Under the pieces are notes generated by a model. It was not told where the DNA came from. It did no database searches and saw only the letters and a program-made list of their open reading frames with translations. Source: Plasmodiophora brassicae (lineage: Eukaryota). From it: a stretch of 64,000 nt of DNA. Location of the stretch: NCBI GenBank assembly GCA_036867785.1, contig CP145420.1, positions 620,001 to 684,000 on the forward strand, in the 5' to 3' direction. Shown here in pieces: positions 1 through 13,259 of this stretch (the stretch's first letter is position 1; every line of letters begins with the position of its first letter). The position numbers and the translations under genes were made by a program.

Positions 1-1654
1 AATTGGTTCGGGGTCGTACGCGACAGTGTGGAAGGGGTCGCATGTGGTCACCGGTGATCCGGTGCGTGGGCCCGTGTGGGGGAACCGGTGTCGATGTCGA
101 GGCTGACGATGGGGCAGGTCGCGATTAAAGGGTATAACCTGGAGCGACTACGCTTAAAACATATTGTTGAGAGTCTGGATTCGGAGATTGCCATTATGAA
201 GATGTTCGACCACGTCAACATTGTGAAACTGATCAGCGTGCATCGCACATCGCGGTCATACTTGTGTCATTTTCGTGTACCTCGGCGTTGATCGTTTGCT
301 TTCAGGCACATCTACCTCGTCATTGAGTACTGTGCGAACGGGGACCTCTCCAGTCATTTGCGACATGGACCGCTTTCTGAGAGTCGCGCACGACATCTGC
401 TTCGGCAGCTCGCCCGCGGTCTCTCGTTTCTCCACGAGCGAAACATGTTACATCGCGATCTGAAGCCCCAGAACTTATTGTTGACCGATAACGCTACTGT
501 ATTGAAAATCGCAGACTTTGGTTTCGCGCGATACATGCCATCGGAATCGCTGCAAGCGACAGTCTGCGGGACGCCGTTGTACATGGCGCCTGAAGTGCTG
601 CGAAATGAAAAGTACGACATCAAGGCCGATTTATGGTCAACCGGTGCGCTCCTGTACGAGATGGTTGTTGGCGTCACACCGTATACCGGGCAGAACCAGG
701 TGGACCTTCTGAGGAACATCGAGAACAAACCAGTGACGTTCCCCAGGTACACCATGGTTTTCGTATTGGATACCTTGTCGATGACGTTACGTGTTAGTTC
801 TAGGGTGCTCTCCGAGGAATGCAAGTCGCTCATCCTCGGGTTGTTGCATAGAGATCCCGCAGTCCGTCTTTCCACTCAGGAGCTGTGCGCTCATCCCTTC
901 CTATTTGGTGACAAGTCAAAAGAAGCTGTCCCGCGACCATCAACTGCGGGTCCTGTTGCTCTTGTAGACGACGCGACGTCATGTCAGTGCAATAATTGCC
1001 ACAACGTTCCTGTTGATTACCAATTCTTTGACCGCAGCAACGGAGTTCGGGGTGACAGCTCCTTTCGCGTTGTCTTCTAGCGGGGCGAAGAACATTGGTC
1101 AACGAACGGCAGTTAGCCGTCCTGCGACGCCTGTCCTGTCCGTTGACGTTGCCGAAACATGCAAGACTGCCCGCGTTATCTGTGAGATTGCCGACGGGTT
1201 TGACGATGACAAGGGCATTGCCCTTTCGCTATATTGCAAAGCAATTCGCTTGATGGTGTCGTCGCGCCTTGCAATTCGGAACATGGCTCAGCCAGCCGTT
1301 CAACTCGATGACGATCTCAGCCAGCGTATTGATGTGCTGTCCAAGCGCGTTGCGCTGCTCAGAGACGACCTGTGTCCCGACGCTGTTCCTCTTCGTGCCG
1401 AGCAAGTGCTATATGAGAAAGGGCTACAGATGGCTCGCGATGCATCGGTGGCGGAGCTGATGGGGGATTCTGCACGCAGCGCTTCCCTGTTTAGGAGGGC
1501 ACATCGTTTGTTTGCTCTGATGGGACAAGAATGCACGGTCGAAGAGGACGCACATGTTCTGCGGGATATCGCGATCGCTATCAGGTCTCGCATGTCTGGC
1601 CATCCGCCAGCTACAGGAACATTAGTCTCGTACCATTCAACAGCAAATGTTTAA
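1..1654 (+). CDS. ATG1: ATG1/ULK-family autophagy Ser/Thr kinase (5' end outside window, multi-exon)
   Basis: Gly loop IGSGSYATVWKG from nt 2; intron 62-117; then VAIK, HRDLKPQNLLL, DFGFAR and TVCGTPLYMAPE. The C-terminus (AEQVLYEKGLQMARDASVAELMGD) resembles the ATG1 tandem-MIT region. Confidence 0.88.
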
Positions 1655-1803
1655 TATTTAACGCTGAACGGTTAATATCCAGCAGGGACGCTTAATGCGT
1701 CGTTGAGTGGGAGCGTTCATTGTAGTTTTCATTGGCAATAGAGCTGGACATGATACTGTAATGACTAGGGTGGGTTGAATATCAGCTAACTCGAAAACAC
1801 GAG

Positions 1804-3484
1804 TCAGCGAATATCTTGCGCCGACTTGAGCCCCGTTTCGATCGCCTTGATGACGTTGTCTCTGTACCGCAAGACAACACGCGTGTAGTTGACGATCTCG
1901 GCCCGTGTCTTGTTCTCGAGCAACTCTTCGATGGGCTTCTCACTCAGGCCGTGCAGCAGCTCAGTGAACTTTTCCAGGCGCTCCTGGTGCTGTTCGAAAA
2001 TGTCCTTCTCGCTGGTGCCTTGAAGGTAGAACCCGTACGCGTACGTCCACATCAGGACACGTCGACAAGCAACGACAGCGTTCACGGCGTTGAGGACGAA
2101 CTGCACATCTTGATAGTTCGTGCCCTGAATGTCTCGAAGCAACTGCATTCGAGCCTCCGCGTCCTGCCTGGTCTTTCGAGCAAACTGGATCGATTTCTGG
2201 TGGTTGTCGAAACGTGTGAAGTAGAACATGTACTTCTGCAATGCATTGCGCGCCTCCTGGGCCTTCTGCTCCTCTTTCTCAAGCGAAGCATTCTCTCCTT
2301 TTGCTTTCGCTTCCTCGTACTTATTGCAGCGATAGAACCTGACATTAGTTCAGTGTACAACCGATACGAAAACGTTATCCCAGTCAACCTACCCTCCAGT
2401 GCCGCTGCCGTGCTTGCTCCAGTCGCCCTTGCACAGCCAGCAGAAATCGTACTTGCAGAACCGGCACGTCATATGGTTGCAACCTTGGTTCTTCTCAATG
2501 TTGACATGACATTTCGGGCAACGCTTGGTATTAGCGATGATCCAGTTGACGTTCTCCGAGTCCGTTGAGTTTTTCTTAAGCCATTGCTGGACAAGCTCGC
2601 ACGAACATGGTCGATGACCCTCCAGTCCACATTTGAAGCAGAACACATAGCCACACCGACATTCGATCTCAACTTCGCCACCCGTTCTGTTCTCAATGAC
2701 CTTATCACAGTCCGGGTTCGGGCACCACTTCATCTTCGTGCGATTGCCCTGGACGAACGCATCCAGCAGCCACTGCTTGAACTGTTGTCTTTTCGGACCG
2801 GGAAGTAATCGCAGCTGGATCTCCTCCGGGATCATAGCAGAGCACTTGAATCCAGGGCACGTCGTGAATACCGCCTGAGGACCCTTGTCGAATTCGGCGA
2901 CAACCCATTTCGTCCAGCATTCGATGCAGTACCGGTGGCCACACGACAGGCCGAGCGTGTCATCCATCGCAAATTTGTCCATACAGAGCGAGCAGACGAA
3001 GGGCCCATCACGGTCGGATACTTCAGTCGGAAGGATGACGCGAGCAAGGCCGACCTTAGTTTTCACCTAAACACCAAGTGTTAGTTGGGATGGCAGGGGA
3101 AATATAAAACCGGCGCAAATTCCAAATCCTTGCCTTATCCGGGTCGTCAAGCCAGTCGTTGATCAGGTTGAGGATGTTCCATCCGTACGCCCGAAGCAGA
3201 GTGGTGGCCTCTTCCGGAGACACAAACAACTGTTCGACGACGCGTTCGACTAGGATATTCTGGCGCTGCATCAGCTCCTGCTCCGTCAGAATCTCGTACG
3301 ACGGCTGACGATCCCGAACGGCGCACGCATCGCTGAGCTCCGTCGCTGTCGATTCCAGCGCCGGCCAGTCGCCATTGGCAACCTCTTCAACGACCTCATC
3401 GTCCCACCCAGTGTCGGACAAGGCCTCGGGCGACTCCTGCTCGGCCGCCTCCCAGTCGTCCTCCTCTGCGTCCTTCATATCCAT
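1804..3484 (-). CDS. Ariadne-family RBR E3 ubiquitin ligase (multi-exon)
   Basis: Acidic N-terminus, UBA-like LLRAYGWN, RING1 (CSLC..CGHRYCIEC), IBR (WCPNPDC..CRCGYVFCFKC), RING2 (KRCPKCHVNIEKNQGCNHMTC) and Ariadne domain (CRRVLMWTYAYGFYL). Confidence 0.93.
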
Positions 3485-3919
3485 CCTAGGACGACTGCCA
3501 CAGACGGGTAGCGGGTCGAGAATTGACTGGATTTCTCCACCAGTCGCAAAAAAAAAATCGTTCCCGATACGACTGCACCCGTTTTGGAACCTGTCGATGA
3601 ATTCCGCGCGGACGAAATGGCAGTTAAAGCCATTGGGGATCTGAGGATGGAGTCGACAGGGTACGGATCGATGGATACAGGCTATCGTCGCTCTAGGGTA
3701 TGCTGCCGGAAGCGGGGCGGCCCGTCGCAGGAGGATCGACAACCGAAGGGCGACGAAGACAGAGCGTCGTAGCACGCCAGCAACGACGCAGGTGTAAAAG
3801 CGGGGAATGGGGTTATCGTCCCAGGGCGTTATGTCGGTGAATGTGTAGCAACCGACCATGGGTACGTTTTAACAGCAGCGTACTCAGCTATCATCGGAGA
3901 AGACGACGGTGAAAACGAC

Positions 3920-6900
3920 ATGGCTGACGGCGCGAAGATGGCTGCGATTGATGATGCCGGCAGCGTCTACCGCACAACAAATCATACGCGGTCGGTTTCA
4001 GACGTGTCCGCCTTGGTTCAACAATACGGTTCCAGTGGGAGATCGTCTGCCACACATGCCCATGATGACAGCTCCGATGAAGACATGTCGGACATTGAGG
4101 AGGAAATCGAGGTCGACAGCACGAACGAGGTCATCAATCCGAATGATGGCACACGGCAGAGTACTGCGACGACGAATTTATTCGGGTCCCTGCGAGATGC
4201 TGTCACCACTAGCGTCCGGATGGCAATGGAGTCCAGGTTGACGGTTCGGCGCGAACAGAAGCGAATATTCGAATCGCTACAGAAAAGCGTTGGGCAGACG
4301 GCAATGCTACAGCGTGCTCTTGCAAACACTGTCGACTCATCGTCGCGTCAAGGTCAATCTTTCGCAAATGTCACTGTTCAAAGTGTGTTCGAAACGAAGA
4401 ACTTTCGACAATGCCTGCAGCATCCCAATTTGAAACCTCTTGCGATCCTTGAAGTCAAGAGACTGTGGTGTGCGCTGATGTTCCTCATTGAAGAGAAGAA
4501 TGTAAGGATGTCGAACCGTTCTACTTCGTTGCAAGGTTAACGTAAGTTCGCCAGGTGGAAGCATTTCTGCGATCGTATTCACCCTTGGAATCGAAAGCCG
4601 AGCCTACAACTATGTCATGGCAGCGAACGCATCGCTTCTGTATGGGGAACGTACTGTTGTCCTTGGTCATCAAGTTTTGCTGATACGTGTCCTCAGCGCA
4701 CTCGATTGGGGGAGATCTGTTTCAGAAAGCGGGGAAGACGAGTGAAGCACCTACATTAGAGGGCCTCTTCCGTCAACAGACCCTGCGAAGCACTGTGACA
4801 AGGGCCCAGCAGCAGTCGCATGGGCGGTCAGCTTCCGTCCAGATCAAGACGAGGCGCTCGCAACCAAGTCACCCAGTGAGCCCACGGGGGAACCTTGCGA
4901 ACCTCGAATACCGAAGAGCGTCCGTCGTTGAGACACCGACGGTTATCGATCCCCGTGGCTTCAACGCAATCGCAATCGATGCGGTTGTAACGCCAGAGTT
5001 TCGCGCTTCCGAGGCATCAAGATTCCGGAAAGTGTACGACATTGTGTTCCAAAAGGAAATCGAACGCTCCAGTCGGAACCTGCTTCTCCCGAGCGTCATA
5101 CGCGTGCTTCCCCATGAGAAACGCATCTACAAGAACCTTTGCGCGTTTCTCTACGCATGCATGGACAACGAAGAAGCCGAACTGAAGTCAGTCGATTGTG
5201 TCGCGTCAGAAATATGATCGCGTAACTGACGTTTCTGTTAAAGGTATCTGATGCGCTTGACACACTCGGCTCTAGGATATCTTCGCTCTATTGAGGCGTT
5301 TTCCAGTTCGCGAGACTCCAAAGGGTTCCTCAACAAAATCGATAATCTCCTGGCGCCGCTCCTGTATCGGGAACTGCCAGGGAACGATGAGCATGGGCCA
5401 GCTGGCCAGTCGACAATGGCGGCCAGCTCTATCACCGTTGCCGGCAGTGTCAGCGTTACCCGTGGTGGGTCAACAACTACGCTCGGAACGCACTGCCCGA
5501 TCAGAGCAGATCGCAAACAGAAAAAGCAAACAGAGACCGTAACAAAGGACACCAAGAGCGGCCATCGTATCCTCTGTGCCGCATTTCTGCTCCTTATTGT
5601 TGGATTCGCCGCAGTCTTACTGACGTGGGTATGGATTTACCCCACGTCGATTGGAAGTGCATTGAAGCTGTACACGGAGCAAGTTGCTGCCCGAGTGACA
5701 TCATTGCTGGAGACGGAAAGGTTTCGCCTCGCCTTTCTTTATTGGCGTGTGTGTTCATTTCTAATACCTATTTGCACAGCATATTGGCGGATGTGGCTAT
5801 GCAATTCCCTTTGAGGCCTGTCGATACCTGGATATCGACCAAGCAGCCGCCGCAGTTGCTGTTTGCACAACTTTCCCGAATACTGACAGCTGTGCCGTTG
5901 TCGTCAGCGGCCTGGGTCGCTTCTAGCTCGGGCTATGTCTGCGCCATTGCCCAAGGCGATAAGTCCCTAGGCCCTTCGATAATCGTATATGACGCTGCAT
6001 CAGGGATCTGCTTGCACAAAGGTACCTCCAGCACCGCGGTCCCCAATTCCGCTTGCCAGTCTGGAATTCCGTCAGGGAACCATGGAAACTTCACCTCGGT
6101 GGGCACCGTAGGAGGCATTCTGGGGATTTCTCGAGTCATGCCTGCTGTTTCACCCTCTGGGCGTAATGTCACTATTGGCGTCCATTTAGGCAGCGACCTT
6201 ATCGATAATAGTTTATCTTCGTTCGGGCTGCTTCCGTCCACGTTGATTCGGGTTTCTTCTTTGTCGCTTGACCTGGCATCGTGCAACACTGCCACTGGAT
6301 CAAGCAACGATGTTTTCTCGGAGGACAGTTTCTCTGCAATCAACGCGAAAGTTACAGCCACGATTCCTTCCCCTTTGGCGTGCGTTCCATGGACCACCAT
6401 TGTGGCTCTCTCCTTGACGAGCTGTCTTGTTGTTGCCTTGGCTTTTATTTGGCTGCTAACATCACCCGCAGCCCCGACAGCGTCGTCCAGGTTTTCGTCC
6501 GATGTGAATCTGTTCGCAAGTCGCTCTCTGAACTTCGATTTGCATGGAACGCCGCCTGGGACACCTACTGAAAAACAGCCAGTGGGTTCTGGTTGGCAAT
6601 TTCGATCAACGGCCATCGCACTGGTCAGTTTTGCCCTCACTACTGCAGCATGCCTATCGATCGCATTCGTTGTACACATTGGTTCCAATCTTTGCCTAGA
6701 TGAGATCGCGGATGCCACGTTGTCCCAGATGGGTTTCGTTATAAGCGAGAGGATTCGCCTAATGAGGGAACCACCTGCCATTGCGACAGCATCTATCGCA
6801 CTACTCGCACGTTCAGCACAGTCGTCCTTGTCTGTGGACACGATGTATAGGTGGACGTCGTTTGCGTTAACCGCTCTGGCTATTCGATCATCGAACATCC

Positions 6901-9900
6901 ACCTGGCTTCAGCAGTTACAATGACAGACCGGTTCGGGTCGAACGTTATCGGGACTGTATTTTCAGCCGTCAACGATTCTGCTACTGAGCCTGTGACCAT
7001 CCAAAGAGATCTGAACCCTTCTGCGCAAGATTGGTTCCGGTCTTCCACGCTCGATACTGGTCATTGGACCAGTCCGAGGACACTTGTTAGCGGCGAACTT
7101 GTGTTCACAAGGTCGCAGACGATCAGCCAGAACTCCACAATTGTTTGCATTGACTTCGATTCTTCAACGGCGCAGACGCTCCTTCAAATACTGACGCCGC
7201 CGTCGTGGGGCACCATGCAGATTGAGCGTGGCCGTACTGGCACTGTACTCGTCAGAGATCCGACAGGGGATGCCTTTGAGCAGCAAGGACCGCCAGTCCA
7301 AGGGCAGATCCAATCTGTTTCGGTGGATCGAATTGTTGTCGCTAATTACGATACGTTAGCCGTTCGCGTTACATTGCCGGACGCCTCTGTGGATGATTCA
7401 GCCTGGATGGCAGTTGCCACCGCGTCTGCCCGTTCCACATTGGGAGATTACAAGCGCGTGGAACTGATGGCATGGATAATCGTGATCGGCATTGTTGTCA
7501 TCATTGGCTTTATTGCAATGTCAAGTCTGTCGAAGTGGGAAAAGCGGATGATGCCACGAGACACAACTATGTCGGGTCTTGGCAAAGAGAAACTGTCGCC
7601 GGCGGCGCTGGAGGAGCACAAGGCGCGGATCAAGAAGCAAATCGTGGCGGCCTCTGCTCAGAGCTGGCGACGAAAGCGTGCCTCTCGTCGGGACACGCAA
7701 GAGGAAAACGATCAGCCTCTGGACTACGATGAAATCCAGGCACACGTGTCCGAACGTGCTGTCGGGCACATTCGCGATTCTCTGCACGACCGCAACATAC
7801 TTACTGTATGCGAACTGGAGGCGCGTGAGGGCGGTGAAGTCGATATCGCCATGTACCTGATCTTTTCGAACTCGATATCAAGGCTGCTGCTGTATGCGGC
7901 TATAGCGGTGCACATTGGGCTCCAGCTTGTAGAGCCAGCAACGCAGAAGGCGCTGGCCAACTGGGGGCCTTCTCCATTCGTCGTTGCAATCGAAGGCGTG
8001 TGTCTGGCTATCGAGTCAGCCTATATGGTGACGCAATTCCGTTTCAAGTACTTCGCGAAGGCAATGGACAATTGCTTGGTAGAGACCGCGATCGCCGCCG
8101 ATATTGCCCTGTGCGTCGTTCTCATTCTTTGCGCGGTGGACTGGATGTTATCCGCCACGATTTCTTTCAGCTTCGAGTATGCCTTCCCACTGCGCCCGTT
8201 TATCCCCTTCCTGTTCTCCCGTGATCTGCGGACAGCCCTCCTTCTGTTTGGTCGGGCGATTGTCCAGGCCGCCGACACTCTCATCCTCTGGCTGTCGACA
8301 CTGTTCATGTTTGCCATTGCTGGTGTAGTCATGTTTCGAGATTCCATCAATGTCGGCCAGTACGTCAGTAGCTTTGCGAACATTCGCGATTCGTTCACAA
8401 CCATATTCGTATTTGCCTCCACCGAGGACAACTACGGTGACGTCGTCTACCCTGCGTTTGACCTCCATTGTAAGTCTCGATATAGAATCGGTAACGACAT
8501 TTAACGGTGGTTGCTGTAGACTGGTATATTCTGTTTTTCGTCTTCTTATGGGTGTTTGGCGTGTTCTTCGTGCTCGCTGTCGTCGTCGGTTATTTCCAGT
8601 TCGAATTCTCGAACCACCAGGTCGAAGTCTTGCAGCAGCAGACCATGCTTGGGCGAACTGGCCTGGTTGCAGCGTTCATCTTGATAGACATTGATGAGAG
8701 CGGCGGTATTTCGGTCGATGAGTTCCGACAGTTCGTATCGGGATGCTGTGATGGGCCCCAATCCAGAGCACTCCTGGTCAAGGCGTTCGAGACTCTTGAT
8801 ACCAACCAGGACGGGCAGATGGATTTGTACGAATTCGTAACCGGCATGGAGAAGTTGAAACTGCATCGGCTGCTTCGAAGAGACAAACCGTCCCGCTCTA
8901 ACGTCAAGTGGCGCGTTTGGATGCGGGAGAACGTGTTCCAGGCTCGAAGTGACTGGTGGCGGAAGTTGATCGAGGTCCTGTTGCTTGTCGAGCTGCTTGC
9001 CGCATCTCTATACGGGCTATACTCGCCGATCCAGCACATCGACGCCGTGTGCCACACCCTTCTGTTACTATTTGTTGTCGAGATGGCTGCGAAGCTCGTT
9101 GTGTACGGCATCGATGAGGTATGATATGACTGCGTTGAAGTCTGATGGTTGACTGACACGCCTCCGAAGTACATGTGGTACACCAACTTCAACAGCAGCA
9201 TGTTTGAAAGAAGACTCGATGTCATTGTCGTGGCAACGTCGTTCTTCGGGTTTCTTCTGACGAGACTCATACAGCTGTACTATCACGGTCGGGCAGGCAA
9301 GTCTGATTGTGCTGTCCTTCTGTGCTCATTCTCGGGACTATTACAGGAACCCCTTTCTCAGTGTGGAATTACCTGCCTGGACCTCATGAGAACATGCTTC
9401 GGCTCCTGCAACTTTTGCCGCTGCTGAGGATCTTTTCACAGGTGAACACTTGTGGCCCAATCGCCTGCCTATACCTCTGTGCTGACCTTTCCAATCAGGT
9501 TAAAGTGCTCAGACGCGTGATCGTCAGCTTCTTGCGCTCAGCGAGCGTCTTTTTCAACCTCTTGGTTCTCTTGCTTCTCATCATCGACGTATACGCGGCC
9601 GTTGGTGTGTTCTTGTTTGCGGGAAGAATTGGCAATGCGATCACGATCTCGGCCGGGTTCAACAGCTACGGCGTCGCCCTTATATCACTTTTCCAGTGCC
9701 TGTAAGAGCGCCTCGCTGTCGTGTTTGATTAGATCCATAACGTGCCACAGGGTCCAACAAGACTGGCATTTCATAATGTACTCTTCCATCGTATCGACGT
9801 CGTGGTTCGCGGCCATCTACTTCATGTCGTTCGTCTTCCTGTGCTCGACGCTCTTCACAAACCTGTTCCTAGGGGTCGTCATATCCGTGTTTAGCAGAGT

Positions 9901-9958
9901 GTTCCAGCAGAAGCGATTCTCTAATGCTGACTTAATGCGCGCTGCCCTGGAGTCATAA
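3920..9958 (+). CDS. Two-pore-channel-like cation channel (2x6TM, central EF-hands) with a very long N-terminal extension; probably one spliced gene
   Basis: Pore I FTTIFVFASTEDNYGDVVYPAF; EF-hands DIDESGGISVDEF and DTNQDGQMDLYEF; S4-like LRLLQLLPLLRIF; pore II/S6 QDWHFIMY..YFMSFVFLCSTLFTNLFLGVVI. Upstream ORFs (3920, 4687, 5251, 5625) can be joined by short GT-AG introns. Confidence 0.75.
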
Positions 9959-10163
9959 ACGGCGACACCGTTTAACCAAAGCCTGGCTGGACTGGTTTAG
10001 CATTTTTCGAATACCCACCGATGAGATGGCCTTGGAGACGGCGCGACGACACGTTCCCGGCGAGGGTCGTACGTACCGGAATAGTGTGCACACTTCGGTC
10101 CGGCACAGCAGGGAATAACGACAACCGCGTAGATTGCGGCGTGATAACAAATATATATATACT

Positions 10164-10607
10164 TTAGCGCCTTCCAGGACATCGCCTTGTATGGAAGGCA
10201 TATTTCTGGGACGAGATGGTGCGTTGGCAATTGGCACATTGGAATGCGGCGGCGAGCAGCTTCGATCCTTGCTGCCCGAACACATCGACGCCGTCGCTGG
10301 CGTTGAACACGGCCGGCTCACTGGACGCAACGCAATGAGCACCCACGGTTAGCGAACGCAATAAGGGGGCGGCGATGTGCGACCATTTGCCCGTGGATTT
10401 CGCTGCGCGATGCACATCAAAGCACACGTCCACGGCAACCTCCTCGACGATCGAATCGAACAGGTCCTTCACGATCGTATCGAAATCGATCACGTTCAGC
10501 AGCGACTGCAGTGCGGTCGCCGTCGCCAGTCGAGCCTGCAGGCGCGCAATCTCCAGATCCTTGGCCTTCACTGACGACGACGACGCGGCGTCGTCCACGC
10601 CGTCCAT
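10164..10607 (-). CDS. SGF11: SAGA deubiquitination-module subunit Sgf11/ATXN7L3-like
   Basis: N-terminal helix LFDSIVEEVAVDVCFDVHR, DVFGQ motif, and zinc finger CANCQRTISSQKYAFHTRRC. Confidence 0.82.
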   Translation of the reverse strand: MDGVDDAASSSSVKAKDLEIARLQARLATATALQSLLNVIDFDTIVKDLFDSIVEEVAVDVCFDVHRAAKSTGKWSHIAAPLLRSLTVGAHCVASSEPAVFNASDGVDVFGQQGSKLLAAAFQCANCQRTISSQKYAFHTRRCPGRR

Positions 10608-10901
10608 GACGGACTGCAATCCCACGGACTGCGATCCTTCCCACGACCGGCAGTCGACGCGGTCGCGTCCCGTCCACGTCCAACGCGCCCACGCTGCGGC
10701 GCCGGGCCCTGTCATATTACGGTGTCACGGCATAAGGCGCCGTTCGCCGGAAGCGGCCCCTGTCTATAGGCAGCGGGCAGAGTGGCATCTGTCCACGTGA
10801 CCGACAGACTGACGGTTGTCGACTGCCGCAGGTGCTGCCTGACTGATCGATCGCGGACTAATCAGTAATCATCAAGTGCGCCGCGGATCCGACCCCTGAC
10901 G

Positions 10902-11913
10902 ATGGCTGCGGATGACGTCGTGTCTGGCGATCGCAGCGACGATGAAGGTCAGCACGACCCGACGGCCATGTCGATCGGGAAACGGCACCACATGGAGAAG
11001 ATGGTATGCCGAGGTTCGGGGGTGTCCCCCCTGGTACGCGTCGATTGAGGCATGCATCGACAGGCCCTGAAGAAGCAGTGCGCTGACATCCTGCAAGCAG
11101 CGAATAAGGGCGACAAGAACGCGAAGAAGCAGGCGAAGGTTCGCGTCAAGCAGCTCGAAGCTGAATTGAAGGAGCGGCACGAACGAGAGTCACGTGATAG
11201 CGCACAGGTCGCTGACGACGATGTCGAGCGGCTGGCTGACGCTGTGGATCGGGTCGAAGTCGGCGACAGGACATCGAAGAAGGAGAGACGGCAGGTATCA
11301 CGGGAACAACATTTTACAACCTCGTCGGGGTTCCCTGAATGGGTGTTGGGTCCAGGCGAGACGTGCAGCCGAAGACGCGGCGCGTCGGCTGGCCCTCGAA
11401 GACGAGCTGAAGAACGTGGAAGACCCGCGTCAGGTCGAGATCGACATGCTGTCGTCCAAGCTGTCCACGCTTGGCATGGCGATCAAGGAGATTCGCCCCG
11501 ATGGCCACTGCTTGTACCATGCCGTGGCAGACCAGCTGGAGCGGATTGGCGAGACGGTTGCGGGACCTAGGCATGCGACGCTGCGTCAGCGCGCCTCGTC
11601 CTACATGCTGGAGAACGCCAACGCCTTCCTGCCTTTCATGCTGACCGACGAGGGCGCTCTCTTGTCGGAGAAGGAGTTCGAAACGCACTGCGCCGCCATT
11701 GTCGACACGAACGACGTCGTCTGGGGCGGGCAACCGGAGCTGTCAGCGCTGGCGGCCGCGTTCCAATGCCGCATCATTGTCTATTCGTCGGACGCGGACC
11801 CGATCGTCATGGGCGATGCGGATGACGGGAGGACGCTGCGAGTCTCGTTCCACCGCCATTACCTGATGGGGCACCACTACAACTCGGTCGTCCCCAACGA
11901 CGTGCAGCAATGA
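10902..11913 (+). CDS. OTU-domain deubiquitinase (OTUD6B/Otu2-like), spliced
   Basis: Charged coiled N-terminus, catalytic IRPDGHCLYHAVADQL, WGGQPEL, and SFHRHYLMGHHYNSV. ATG at 10902 is followed by a GTATG intron. Confidence 0.9.
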
Positions 11914-12054
11914 AGGCCATGCCCGTTGTATATAGCAACCAACCGCTTGAAAGACACGCTACGACGGCAGCCTCCCTTACGCCGCCTGGACCGTGTCGTA
12001 GAACAATCGCCCATGGGAAGCGAATTGCCACTCCACACTGATCAGTCGGCGGGT

Positions 12055-12873
12055 TCATCTTGTGGTTCTGGATCGCCTACAGCAGTAGTTGCTCGAGAAC
12101 CACAGCCAGAGCTCATTGGATCTCGTCATGAGCACCGCCCCAGCCCGGGGGCTGAGCGCCGACGCCCGGGCGTCGTGGTTCGCAGCGGACAGCAACGATC
12201 GCACGAGCTCGAGGGAGATCCCCCACAGGTACCGGGGAGCGCCATCGACAGCGATGGCCGGCAGCGCGAACCACTGCCGAGGCAGCGAGCGGAACACGAC
12301 GCGCAGCGCAGGCGGGTACCGAGCCACGAAATCGGACACGGCATAGACGTCGAAGTCGACAGGGGATCGATGCAGGCGCCGCAGGCTGACCCAGAATACG
12401 TCGGCAACCTCGCGCTCGTCGCGAACAACGACCAGCGGGCCGGGCGATATCTGGACGACAACTGGCACACCATGTTATGCGACGAACGCGACTGTCGACC
12501 CCAAACGAGCGCGCCTACCGAACGCGTGGATGATGAGGTCGGCGCCGGCCTTGACCAGCGGGCGCAGGCGACCGACGAACGTGAACATGGACGCGTCGCG
12601 CAGGTCGACGCCAATCTCCTCGTGCACCTCCCTGACGACGGTCTGGAGCGGCGACTCGCCCGGCGCGCACCGCCCGCCCGGGAACGCGACATGCCCCGAC
12701 CACCGGTCGCGCTCGTCGGTCGCCCGCTGGATGAACAGCATGTCGGCGTGCTCCGACGTCACGAGCGCCGCCCCATGCGACGTGATCGGGCCTGTCGTCC
12801 CGGGCACGACCGTCCCATCGTGCGCGCCGCGAACGATAACGGCCACGGCGGCGACGTTGCGCGCGCACGACAT
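12055..12873 (-). CDS. Nudix hydrolase, CoA pyrophosphatase type (NUDT7/8/Pcd1-like); 3' end uncertain
   Basis: AAVAVIV..LFIQRA..WSGHVAFPGGRCAPGESPLQTVVREVHEEIGVDL (Nudix box); the downstream exon contains EVADVFWVSL and LWGIS. Confidence 0.85.
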
Positions 12874-13259
12874 GCGCCTGGCGTCGACGACCGTGGATGT
12901 GGTCGCGCGTCCTGCTCCATTCCCGTCCTTCTGCCTGCGTCCGGTCAGCGATCTGGAATTCCGACAACGGAACCGGCAGACCGGACGCTTCCTGGGGGGA
13001 GGCGTGCCCACTGCGGCGCGCGCCTTCGTCCCCGACCTCAACGACGCGCGCCCTGGGACGGCTGCCTGCTGCTTGGCGGTAACGTGTCGACTTGTGGGAC
13101 CCGGATGGCGCCAATGCCACTGGTGTGTTCAGATATTCTCTGCCTGGAATGGTCCTGCGTCACGTTAGTCAGGAGAGAGACGACGGGCGACGCCGACGCC
13201 CACCACCGTCCGTCCAGTTGTCGAATTGGTCGTCTGGCGGGCAGGTCGGATCGGTTGCC

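Noticed and set aside
4370-5380. Possible RGS-like helical domain in the channel N-terminus
   Set aside because: Only a vague resemblance; not supportable without a profile search.
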